DNA from: Macrostomum hystrix
Lineage: Eukaryota > Animalia > Platyhelminthes
Length of the DNA stretch: 64,000 nt
Direction: 5' to 3'
Assembly: GCA_950097015.1 (NCBI GenBank)
Contig: CATNEN010000007.1
Span: 2,294,001 to 2,358,000, forward strand
The position numbers and the translations under genes are program-made. Positions 21,401 to 33,256 of this stretch are shown here, in pieces. The stretch's first letter is position 1. Every line of letters begins with the position of its first letter. The notes under the pieces are model-generated. The model saw nothing but the letters and a program-made list of their open reading frames with translations, had not been told where the DNA came from and did not search any database.

Positions 21401-24348
21401 GTCACATCGCTGCGCTAAACGGATCTTTTGACGTTCTGCAGTTAATCAAGGAAATTGACAACGACGGAAAAGCCCTGGCGGCCACTGACAATATGGAGCA
21501 GAGCTTAATGCACTATGCGAGTAGCCCGAAAATTGCCAAATTCTTGCTCGAATGTGGGCTAAGCCTAGCTGCCAAGGATGCGAACGGAGCGACACCTGGT
21601 CATTATGCTGCTAAGAATGGCCGCTTAGATCTCTTGGCCTTTCTGCTTGACCAGGACCCGAGTGGTCAGCTTCTGAGAGAGTTAGACTCCGCCGGAAACA
21701 CCCTTATGCATTACGCCGAGGACTCTGAAGTCGTAGACTTCCTGCAGCAGAACGGTCTGCCCATTCGTGCTGACGAAAGTCGTTTACCGAGTGAACTGAT
21801 CGACATTATATGCTCGGGCAGTGTGGACCGGCTGCATAGATATGTGCGCATGGGTCGAAAAGTGCGAGGTCGTTGCTACGAAGGCTGCTACGGGGGTAAT
21901 GCGGTGCACGTTGCCGCCGGTTGCGGCAGTGTTCCCATGGTTCAATTCTTTGAAGACATCGGCTTCAGCCTAGCCTCCACTGACCTTGCTGGCAATACGG
22001 TGGCTCATTTTGCAGCTTTATACGGTCACGTCAACCTTTTAGAGTACATCATGGCCCGAGATCCCAGCAAAACTCTTGTAAGCCTCAGAGACTATCGAGG
22101 TAGAACACCTGCTCATCTTGCGGCGCTCACTGGTAGCATAGAGGTTCTAAAATTCTTGCGAAGTCTCGATGAGGAGGGAAGCTTGTTGCTGGCAAGAGAT
22201 TTTCAGGGTGATTCTCTGATGCACTATGCCAGCAGTGCGGAGGTTGCCAACTTTCTACTTGAGTGTGACGTCAAGACCAGTGTGGAAGAAAGTCGCCTGT
22301 CCGAAGCAGCCATCGATGCTGTATTGTCAGGTGACGAAGCCGAAATCAAGGGCCTCTATGAAGCCGGTGAGAAGCTGCTTGGTTTGTACGCGGAGGATGG
22401 AGTGCGCGGCTTCAATCTGTGTCACATTGCGGCTGTCAAAGGCCACTATGATGCTTTTAAGTTTTTGCATAGTGTGGGAATAGACGTGAAGGCGGCCAAC
22501 AGTCAAGGTGCGACACCTGCACACCTGGCTGCCAGAGCGGGCTGCCTGCCAATACTAGAATTTTTGCTGACGATAGACGCCGATCTGTTGAAAAGTCGTG
22601 ACGCAGAAGGTCAGACGCCGATGAACTATACTGAGTCGAAGGCAGTGGCAGATTTTCTAGCGGCAAATGGCGTCGAGACTAGCATACACGAAAGTCGACT
22701 GCCTGGTCGACTAATTGAGATTCTGGTAGACGGAGACTTGGCACAGCTTACCGAGTACCACAAGGCAGGCAACAAGCTGGCTGGCCGCACCAGCAACTGG
22801 AACTCCGCTGCACACATAGCCGTTGTTGAAGATAAAATTGAAGCTCTGAAGTACCTTAATGAGAATGGAGTTCGAATTGTCACTCGGAACCGCCGTGGGT
22901 GCACACCGGGTCATCTGGCTGCCCTGAATGGCCGTCTGGAAGCTCTGCGCTACCTGCTGGCCCAAGACGGTGGCAAGGAGGCAGCCAAAACTACCGACGC
23001 GAAGGGTCTAAGCCTGTTGCACTACGCTAGTTCGGCAGAGGTTGCTGAGCTACTTGTATTGGAGGCCGGCCTCGATCCAGATGCACGTGACGATGAAGGC
23101 GCTGGTCCAGCGCACTCAGCTGCGCTCAACGGTCACACTGAAGTGTTAAAGTACTTGCTGAGCCTTCCGAACGGCCAGAAGCTACTTTCCGCTGTGGACA
23201 AGGAAGGCCAAGGCCTAATGCATCACGCCGGATCGCCGGAGGTGCTTGACCTGTTGATAGAAAAAGGACTAGACCCGATGTCACGGGACTCAAACGGAGC
23301 CACAGTAGCGCATGTTGCCGCCATGAACGATAACGCGGAAGTTCTTGGTCATATTCGCAGTTTGTCCTGCGCTGAACAGCTCCTGAAGTCCAAGAATTCG
23401 GCTGGCCGTACCGCTATGCACTTTGCCCGAAGTACTGAAGTGGCCCAGCTTCTCTCGCTCAGCGGCTTGCCTGTTGATGAACCAGATGATCAAGGTGTGA
23501 CTCCGGCCCACACGGCTGTGCTCAGTGACAACCTGGAGGTACTGCGCTGTCTATTAGAACTTGACGAGCGAAGTAACTCAGCTGCTGGCGCTGCGGCTGC
23601 TACCGGGGGTCTTCTTGAGGAGGTGGACGCCAGCGGTCGCGGCTTGGTTCACTATGCTAGAAGCGATGTAGCGCTGGACTTTCTACTGCACCTCGGTTTG
23701 CAGCCTGCTGCCACAGATTCCCAGGGCGCAAACATCGCGCATGTAGCCGCATGGAAGAACTGTCAGGACATGCTAGTCTACCTAGCTCGCGAAGGCCTCG
23801 AGGAGGTACTGATAGCAACAGACAAGCGTGGCCAGACGGCATTGCACTATGCCTGCTCTGCAGACGTTGTTGACTTTCTAGTCTTTCTCGGTGTGCCATT
23901 GGATGCAGTTGATGAGGAGGGAGCCACAGTGGCACACGCAGCAGCCAAGCACGGCCACGTTGACGTGCTAGACTACTTGCATGCCAGCGTTGAAGAGGAA
24001 GAGGAATTTGATCCTGAGGGTGACAAGGCTGAGCCACTGATCAAGCGCCTGACGCCTTCTGGCAAGTCGCCACTGCACTTTGCTGCAGCGTGCGGCCACG
24101 CAACCGCTGTTCGCCTTCTGTTGGCTAGCGGTCTCAACGCTCGGTCCAGGGACGCCAGTGGTCGGGCGCCTGCCCACTACGCGGCCACCAGTGGACACAT
24201 CGAAGTTCTGCGCGCGATTGCTGGCGCGGACGCTGGCGCACTGGAGGAGGCCTCCGAGGAGGGCAAGACCTGTCGCGACTACGCTGAATCAGCCGGACAT
24301 AGCGCCGTGGTCGATTTCCTGGTCGATGCAGCGAAGGGCGAGCAGTGA
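15450..24348 (+). CDS. Giant ankyrin-repeat protein (~2744 aa, 3 exons)
   Basis: Exons 15450-16964 (CAG|GTAAAC), 17126-17711 (TCTAG|GTG; CAAG|GTGAGG) and 18215-24348 (AAACAG|GT) join in frame, 8235 nt in total. Dozens of G-x-TP(A/L)H-x-AA-x-x-G ankyrin motifs; no other domain recognised. Confidence 0.9.
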
Positions 24349-27300
24349 CTCGAAGCTCAACAATGACAAGATCCGTCCGTCGAACTGTCGACATTTAACT
24401 CATACGAAAGCGATGCACTAACAAAAAAGCTTGGGTGCACTGCCAAACTTTATCAATTCCCATGAGGCTGTAATCGAAAGCTCTCTCTGTTCAGTAGATA
24501 CAAAAAAATGTGAAAAAAACAACAGAGTTATGGAGCCAAAAAGAGGGACTATGTTTCCGCTTATGAATTAAGAAAAACTATATCTTCAACTTCACAAGAT
24601 AATACTTTAAGTAGTACGAAAATAAACTTGAGGTTTGGCAGCTTTTGCAATTATTTTTTGGGAAAGTTCGTGCCTTAGAAAATTTAGTTTTTTTCTTTAT
24701 GTTTTTAGTTTTTTACCTGTTTTCTTCCTCCGCCTGTCAATCCAATTCGCCTGCTTTAACTTTTATTCATAATAAGTGTGCCTTCTTTTGTCGTAGCCTT
24801 CAAGATTTTACCTTACTTTAATTTAAAGCAAATTTTTTTATTTCAAAGTAGCAAACGGACTAACCTTTTGTGTCTGTGCGTCAACAAATGAATTGTTTGT
24901 TTTCACTTGCGCACGATCTCGAGCTTTTCCAACCATTTTGCTTTCGATTTTATTTTAATAGTCTTTTTTATTTCCAAACTTTTTACTACAGTCTCCGGAC
25001 AACTACGATAAATATTATGTTAGAGTCAGATAGAAGACTTGTGATACGAGCTAGATTCAAATTTTTGTTTTCTTTAAAATTCGTTTTTCTTTTTTTTAGC
25101 TTTTGGTAATTATCCTACAGTTAAATACCCAGATTGTACTTATATTAGTGGTCCGAGTTGTGACACAAATTCTTTATCACCGAACTCGTTTAAGTCAAAG
25201 ACTTATGAAATGAAAAGTTTCCTGCATTATAGCCTTAGAAAGTGTGCTTAGAATTTTATGAAAAACTCGAATCCGCTTTTAGTTTGCATCTAGTTAAGCA
25301 AATAGCTACCGTTAATTGCTTTGCTACTTTTGATCTTTCCTTCCTCATCAACTATATATTTAAGGCTCTAATCGTGTACTACTTTTCTAACGGCTAACAG
25401 TGATTTTATATCATCAAGAAGTACATTATTTCCGCTCAGTGACTGTTTATGGCAACTGATTCTAACAGGAGCGTTTTACCTACAGAAATCACTGTCTTTT
25501 CTTTTCAGCTTTTTTCTAGTTCCTTTTTCGAAGTTCAATCAAAATTTTTAATAGTCTTTGATTTCTAATCCTGCCTGTTTACTATCGAATGCGCTTTTTG
25601 CACATATTCCTTAACAAAAAATAAGTAATTTATAAAGAACCTGATTTCATAAATATCTCCGTTTTCAACGCTTCATGCACAATAAAACTCATCCGACTAA
25701 TACAGAAGCTCATTTGTTCTTTTACCAGCTACGAATCACATACTCGTACATGCACAAAACATGCTGTGCCATTGAGACGTACCGCTGTGTCCAGATGTTA
25801 ATGCTGGTTTTATCAGTATAAATTTGGTCACATCCTGGCGGCAAGTTGTTGGTCAGCCAATTGGCGATGTCTTGTCGTCGTGAATTGTTCTCTGGCATGT
25901 TTCTTGTGATTGAAACATTCGATCACGATCGCCTCAATGCCTGCAAAGGTCGTCGGCGTAGTTCGTAACTCCTTAATTTAACAATGGCAATTAGAGATGC
26001 CATTAGGCACTTTTTGGTACTCGATCTCCACCTCGGCAACGAAAACTGATGGAGTAAACAGTTTTCTAATCCTTAAACCAAGATTGACGACGATGCGGAA
26101 TCCACCATCGAAAGTGTGACAACTGGGTCTGATAGAGGCGAGCTGATGAAAGCACCCGAGGGCGGCCAAGACCTGCCGAGAAGCCTCTGTGGTGGTCAGT
26201 TCCACTACTGCACATTCAACTTTTACGGAAAGTAAAACAATTGATTCGATCGGTTTGTTCTTAAGAACTTTTTGTGACTATGAAACACTTTCGCCGTGTT
26301 GCTATTGTTGTTCCTTGTTTTGATAGCCAAATACATTCGTCTGAAATCCGGCAACAATCGAAAAAAGCCGACAAACAATTAAATTGTTACCGCAAGTATG
26401 AATGCCGGAAACCATAGACAAAAGGGTACAATTAAATATGCAAGTTTATATCCATCAAACACAAAGTTCTTTTAGTTGCTTTTGTCAAACGGACCCCGTG
26501 CTGCTTGATTCTGCTCCTTTATCAATTTTTACAAAACTTTCTCCATCTTATTAAATTTTCTCGTTCTCCTCAGCATTCATTTCTATTTTGTTTCAGCGTC
26601 AATCTTAATGAGACAAGAAAATATGTCACTGAAATGACTGAATTAATTTGAGCTCCGTTTGTTAAATTGGTGCTCAAAAGCCAAAAATATGCCACTCACT
26701 GCTTGAACTCTCAACAGATTTTTTAATTGATTGCTTGTATTTTCAGTTGTCTCACAAAATGATGTTTCATCATTTCATCATCAAATCAAATAAAAAAGTT
26801 ATGTTAAATTATATTAAATTGTTATATGAATCATTTGCCTCAACTGCCTAAGGTAATTTATACAAAATACGAAATCATGCCAAGGATACGCCAGTGATAT
26901 AAGAAATAATTTTTGTAGTCCTTGAAATATGCTTTGGATAATAGAGCTCGAAATGGATGGCACAAGCATTAGAAAATATTACAATGACAAATATTTTTGC
27001 AACAAAATAGCGTACCAAAATTATTTTATAAATAAGCATTATTTTATGGTGCAAAACAGTTTTTTAAGCTTGAGCCATCACATCTTAAAAGTACGCTTAG
27101 CCTGAGCAAATTTCCTTTTTTTAGATGCCAACTTTGTTATACTTATTGATAATGCTTCGCTGTACCTGTTTAAATGCACAGATTAACGTTGTTTTCTTAA
27201 AGAGACTAATCTGATCTGAAGACAATGTGCACTATGAAAACATGCGTTTTCGTATCATAAAACGGTTCTCAAAGTCTATAATATTATTAGTAGTGAATTT

Positions 27301-28059
27301 AAATAAGCAAATAAATGTTTGTATTGTACATAACTTGGTCCTCTTTTTTGCATGCCTTCCTTACACATATTTTTTCTTTAGGCACTAACATTATAAATTG
27401 TTAATACAATTGCGAATACAAGATTGTATAGTTAGTCCCCAAATGTAGCAAAGTTTATTACGTTACTATTTTATAGCATTTATAAAGCAGCAATAGCACG
27501 AATAATGAAACGTTTTCCTCAAACACTTAGGCAAAAAATATTATTATGCCTTTCCTTATAGCTTTTAGTTTTTGTGTTTAAAACGACAACGAGTTCTTTT
27601 ACTATCGCATCAAATGTTACTATAGTTTATTGCCATTTCGTTTACAATCGAATTATCTTTGCTTCCCTCCATTGTATCTGGTTGACACTGTATTTTTGTC
27701 AACTTCTTAAGAATCTAGCATTTAAGTTACTATTCTTAATACTTATTTTTTTAATTTACATGAATGTTATATATGTTTTGTCATTTATATTATTGATTAT
27801 TTATATATTGTATTATATTTTGTGTTAAATTACCTTCTGTTTTGTTTTTTAAATAAGAAAAGAAATTTTGTTTTGGGGATTTCCATTGGTCACATAAAAT
27901 TTTGTTCTAATATTCTTTTGTACAATATATGTAACTCCTTAGACTATAAAAAGCACACTTCTTTGTGAGTTTCTGTGTGAGAACTGCTGCCCAGTATGTT
28001 CCAATTTGTTTGATTTAAATAAATGAATTTCAGAGCAAAGCTAGTTGTGACAAACAGCA

Positions 28060-30419
28060 ATGGGCCAGACTCTATCTGAACCAGTTACCAGCAAGGATAC
28101 CTCATTGAAGCGCAGTCCAGAGCTCAGTGTGGGCGCCTCTAGCATGCAGGGCTGGCGAGTACACATGGAGGATGCCCACGGCAGCTACCTCAGCCTGCCT
28201 GGCCACCCTGACACTGCCTACTTCGCCGTGTTTGATGGGCATGGTGGCTCCAAGGTAATTTTTCTCAAATCTATCTCATTGTTCCCATAATATCCATCTA
28301 GTTTTCTAATACCACCTCATTGTTCTCATAATATCCATCTCATTGTTCTCATAATATTCATCTCATTGTTCCTTAATATCCATCTCCCTGTACTCTCATC
28401 CATCCAACTGCCCAGGTTGCCAAGTACGCGGCCGCCAACATGCATCGCAAGATCGTGGCCCAGCGCGCATTTCCCACTGACCCAGGCTCGGCCATGGAGC
28501 TCGGCTTCCTGGCCCTTGACGAGGAGATGCAGAGCTGCAAGGAGACCCGCGACGAGCTGGCGGGCTCCACCGCGCTGACCATCATTCTGCGCGAAGGCCG
28601 CGTCTGGTGCGCCAGCGCCGGCGACAGCCGGGCAGTCATGAGCGTCTGCGGAGTGGCTGTTGAACTCAGCAGAGACCACAAGCCCAGCAATGAGATTGAG
28701 CGGGCCAGAATTCAAGCAGCCGGCGGCTGGGTGGATCTGAACCGCGTCAACGGCAACCTGGCGCTTAGCAGGGCTCTGGGCGACTTCGTGTTCAAGAGGA
28801 ATACAAAGAAGAGCGCGGCAGAACAGATTGTGACGGGTAGGTCCGAGCTGGGATTCTTGAATAGTTTTGAGCTTTGGATTATGATTGCGGGAATGAGACC
28901 TCGTGTTCTGTTTCTTTTTATGTCTGCGACGTCGACTGAGGCTTCTCTGTTTGACCCCTGTGTTTGTTAGTTGTATTCTCGAGCTGACTAACACCTGACT
29001 AGCATCACCTGGCATCTGCTTTGTGTTAGACGTCTTTGCTAGGCTGCATTTCTCCTCTTGTCTTGTCTTTTTCCACTGAATTTCAAGCATAGAATCTGCA
29101 ACTGACAGATCAAAAAGGATACGTAAATTATAGGATCAGATTAATATGCTCTCTGTAACAATCAAATCTTATGAACTTTTTTGTGAACTGAACGCACTAC
29201 TCATAGACTTAGTAGAACGGTATGCGTTCGAGTGTGCGTTATTAAATAAGTTTGTAAGCTTAAATCACGTAGTTCTTAAAAACTTTGTGTTCTTTACTAA
29301 AACATATCTCTAAATTCAATTAGCTAAGCCCGATGTGACAGTGAATGACGTCACCGACGATGTGGAATTCATCGTGATGGCCTGCGACGGAATCTGGGAT
29401 GTTCTCACCAACCAGGAGGTGGTGAACTTTGTTCGGGCTCGACTGGCTCAGGAGATGGACCCGGATGTGGTAAGACTTGGTGGGGCTTGATGCATTTGTC
29501 AGGTTGCAGACACGCTAGAGATGTGATGAGAACAGGCTTGATGCATTTGTCAGGTTGCAGACACGCTAGAGATGTGATGAGAGCAGGCTTGATGCATTTG
29601 TCAGGTTGCAGACACGCTAGAGATGTGATGAGAGCAGGCTTGATGCATTTGTCAGGTTGCAGACACGCTAGAGATGTGATGAGAGCAGGCTTGATGCATT
29701 TGTCAGGTTGCAGACACGCTAGAGATGTGATGAGAGCAGGCTTGATGCATTTGTCAGGTTGCAGACACGCTAGAGATGTGATGAGAGCAGGCTTGATGCA
29801 TTTGTCAGGTTGCAGACACGCTAGAGATGTGATGAGAGCAGGCTTGATGCATTTGTCAGGTTGCAGACACGCTAGAGATGTGATGAGAGCAGGCTTGATG
29901 CATTTGTCAGGTTGCAGACACGCTAGAGATGTGATGAGAGCAGGCTTGATGCATTTGTCAGGTTGCAGACACGCTAGAGATGTGATGAGAGCAGGCTTGA
30001 TGCATTTGTCAGGTTGCAGACACGCTAGAGATGTGATGAGAGCAGGCTTGATGCATTTGTCAGGTTGCAGACACGCTAGAGATGTGATGAGAGCAGGCTT
30101 GATGCATTTGTCAGGTTGCAGACACGCTAGAGATGTGATGAGAGCAGGCTTGATGCATTTGTCAGGTTGCAGACACGCTAGAGATGTGATGATTTGCTCT
30201 TTGGAGTATACAAAAGTCAAAGTAGTGAAAACGGTCTCCAATCAGATCTGCGAAGACCTGATGATGCAGTGCCTGGCGCCCGACTGTCACAACAGCGGCC
30301 TTGGCTGTGACAACATGACTGTGATGATCATCGGCTTCCTCCACCGCAAGGGCAGCAGGCACCTGTTCCAGGCCTGCGCCCGGCCGCCCAAGTCTCGCAG
30401 CGTCTATCTGCCCATGTGA
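28060..30419 (+). CDS. Protein phosphatase 2C (PPM family, MGQTLSEP-type, similar to ppm-2/Ptc2-3), ~311 aa
   Basis: Exons 28060-28254, 28416-28836, 29324-29469 and 30246-30419, phase-consistent. Motifs QGWRVHMEDAH, VFDGHGG, AGDSRAV, RVNGNLALSRALGDF, ACDGIWDV and GCDNMTV. MGQTLS fits the N-myristoylation pattern. Confidence 0.95.
28275..28387. repeat. Short ~24-bp tandem repeat (CATTGTTCTCATAATATCCATCT-like) in PP2C intron 1
   Basis: About 4-5 degenerate units visible. Confidence 0.7.
29485..30192. repeat. 51-bp minisatellite, ~14 nearly identical copies, filling PP2C intron 3
   Basis: Unit CTTGATGCATTTGTCAGGTTGCAGACACGCTAGAGATGTGATGAGAGCAGG; produces the 17-aa-periodic ORFs 29405-30241 and 29487-30419. 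Confidence 0.95.
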
Positions 30420-30472
30420 GACCGCAGTCTCATGCAGAGTCTCATGGATAAAGAGTCTTGTTAATCTTTAAC

Positions 30473-32248
30473 TACGTAAGTCTTTAAGTAGTGTTACTTT
30501 TGATTATATCTTTTGTTCTGATGGTTCAAATAACGTGATTTTACACAGTCTTATAGCGGCAAGTCTCTTCTTTATATTAATTCAAATCTTTTTTCTAACA
30601 GACTAAGGAAATAGAAGTTATCAACGAAAAACTAACAGGACCTCAAACATAGACTTACAGTAAATCAACAAGCAAGCAAAAATGACCAACAGTTGAGTGG
30701 TTGCGAATATGAAGTTTTCTCGTAGCAATTGAAACGCTCCTCTTCACTCGTCGGTGGGAATGCTTGACTTCTCAACGTAGTCACCGCCGAGCTGAAGGCA
30801 TTTTTGCCACCGACTGAACAAACCGTCAATAGCGTTGGCATAACTCTCGCGTGGAATTTTGTGGAGCAGGACATTCCGCACTGCCTGTTCGAGGTTGTCA
30901 CGGTTCTCATGAACTTTACCTCGCAGATGCGACTTCATTAGTGGAAATAAGGCGAAATCTGCTGGCGCCAGATCAGGCGAATACGGTGGATGAGGCAAAA
31001 TATTAAACTTGAGTCTGCTGACAGCCTCGGAGGTCTTCTGTGCAGTATGGGGTCTGGCGTTGTCGTGGTGGAGAAGAAAGGGGTTGATTCCAACCCGACG
31101 CTTGTTCCAGATTTCGAACTTCAATTTTTCAAGGGAAGCAATATAGCACTCGGCATTGATGCTCTTCCCTGGCTCAAGAAATTCGATTGCAAGTGGTCCA
31201 TTTCTGTCGAAGAACAAAGTCAGAAGCACCTTTTTGCAGTGAGGCTCTCGACGTGCCTTAACAGGGGGGTCTGAACCCCTGATTGTCCAAACCTTGGACT
31301 CCTGTTTGGTGGGGGGATCGAAGTGAGGCACCCACGTCTCGTCACCAGTAACAACGATTTGCCGAAACGTTTCCCATCCACCATGTTGCCTGACGAGCTC
31401 CAGATTCTCCTGGCACACTCGCTGCCGCTGCTCTTTCAGGTCTGGTGTCAGAAGGCGTGGAATCCAGCGAGCACTCAGCTTCACATAATCCATGCTGGTG
31501 AGACTTCGATGAACCGTTGATCGCGGAGTATTCAGCCTGTCAGCAATCTCTCTGATCGTCATTCGTGCGTCCTCATCAAGAAGATCCAGGATAGCATCAG
31601 CCAGGACGTCAGAGTCTCGAACATGAGGGCGACCTGTCCTGAGCTGATCAGCAAGGTCCGTCCCGCTCGAAACTGTTCTATCCAACGATAGATGGTCATT
31701 TTACTGACCACGCAAGACCCATGAGCTGATGAAAGTTGCGCGTGAATCTCGGCTGCACTGTGCCCCGTCTTCCAAAGGGTGTAAATCACACTCCTCTGGG
31801 CAAAACTTGAATGCACATCCATGATCTTTGGCACAGCAAGAAATGAGAACAAAAATGCTCGTACTGAAGCCAAGTCCAAGTGAGAGATATGAAGATTTCA
31901 TTCCATATTTTCCAGAGACAACTTTCAAATTATAACTTCATTATGATTTTTCCAGAGACATATCTTTGTCGCGGATTGAGAAATTGAGAAATTTTGGTTG
32001 AAAGAGTGACCTCAGTCGAAAGCACTTTCGTAGCATTCCGATAGCTTGTTGATTTACTGTAAGTCTATGTTTGAGGTCCTGTTAGTTTTTCGTTGATAAC
32101 TTCTATTTCCTTAGTCTGTTAGAAAAAAGATTTGAATTAATAGAAAGAAGAGACTTGCCGCTATAAGACTGTGTCAAATCACGATATTTGAACCATCTGA
32201 ACAAAAGATATAATCAAAAGTAACACTACTTTTGGGACAGCCCTCGTA
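30473..32248 (-). mobile_element. Tc1/mariner (DD34D mariner) DNA transposon with long TIRs, left terminus damaged
   Basis: Inverted repeats 30486-30673 and 32044-32231 (188 bp, about 4 mismatches by eye). The right copy continues to TTTGGGACAGCCCTCGTA, the reverse complement of a typical TACGAGGG mariner end. A transposase lies between the TIRs. Confidence 0.93.
30744..31822 (-). pseudogene. Mariner transposase with one frameshift near 31655-31665
   Basis: The N-terminal HTH part (MDVHSSFAQRSVIY...TIYRWIEQFRAGRT) is in one frame and the rest (DLADQLRTGRP...WIPRLL...TGDETW...HHDNARPH...YSPDLAPADF) is in another. There are 34 residues between the second and third catalytic Asp. Confidence 0.88.
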
Positions 32249-33256
32249 TCAAAGCCGTCACAATTCTTTGTTGCCGTTCAATCAATTCAGCGTACAAGCG
32301 TCCATATTGTTGTCTATAACTAGTTTAGTTACTATGCTAGTTTGTTACACCTAAAATGCATGTAACATTTGTACTGTAGCTCATGTGATATGTATAAGAA
32401 ATATCAAATATTGAGTTTTGGCTCTAACAAGGCTTGTTTGACGCACATTTCCTTGACAATGCGCTGTGTCCTGCATTGATTCGCATTCTGCTGAGTCTTA
32501 TCACAATATTTTTGTATCCCTTTTTTACTATTTTATTTCATGAAGCTGCACTCGAGTCTGACTGTTGGGGCTGTTCTTGCTGGGATCAGTCATGTCTGAA
32601 TTAGGACTTTCAGAATCCAGGATTTGGGATTCCTAGAAATACGGATTTTGGTTCTTGGGATTCCAAATAATAATGTGTGGCATTTCTTAAACAATATATT
32701 GTAAATAGATATTGTTAGCATACTGGTTTGCAGCTGTACTGCCCTTTAGCTCGTATTTGAAACTTTTTTAATCAAGTCAATTTGCACTTTCATACATTGT
32801 ATGGCTTACCTGTAGAAGTGTAATTCTGTTCATAATGCGTCCTGTTTTGTTAATGTACTAGAGTTACTCAAAATAGTCAATAGAATAAGCTAGCTCGTAT
32901 ATTATTTCGCTTGTCTAGTTTCCAGAACGCTCTTAATTGTCAATCTTAGATTTGAAAGTTTTTATTTCAATAATAAATTATTTTTACAGTACAAGGCTGG
33001 TTACAGAATATCAGGTCGCTTTGTGAGTAAATAATAGTTATAAATAAATATTTGTTTATATTTTGCTATGTGTTTCTCGGTGCTTTGGGGATATTGTAAT
33101 GGGGTTGACACTTCAAGACAGATTCGAACCATTGCTGAGCTCAGAGTCCGTAGCCTAAGTTCGTTCAGACGACAAGGAATTTGTCCAAGCCATTCGCATT
33201 CAGCTATTGAGTTCGTCCGCTATTTGAAGGCCAGAGTAAAACTGTTGAGTTCTTGC

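Noticed and set aside
24400-28020. 3.6-kb AT-rich spacer with coding-like patches on the minus strand (25770-26230; a GKTLLLESVA P-loop-like string near 25450-25480)
   Set aside because: All frames are interrupted by stops, the pieces cannot be joined, and no TIR, LTR or helitron ends were identified. At most a decayed gene or TE.
29487-30419. 310-aa ORF reading through the 51-bp array into PP2C exon 4 as an alternative isoform
   Set aside because: It is not in frame with exon 3 (read-through hits TGA at 29488-29490), and the acceptor-like sites inside the unit lead to in-frame stops after exon 3.
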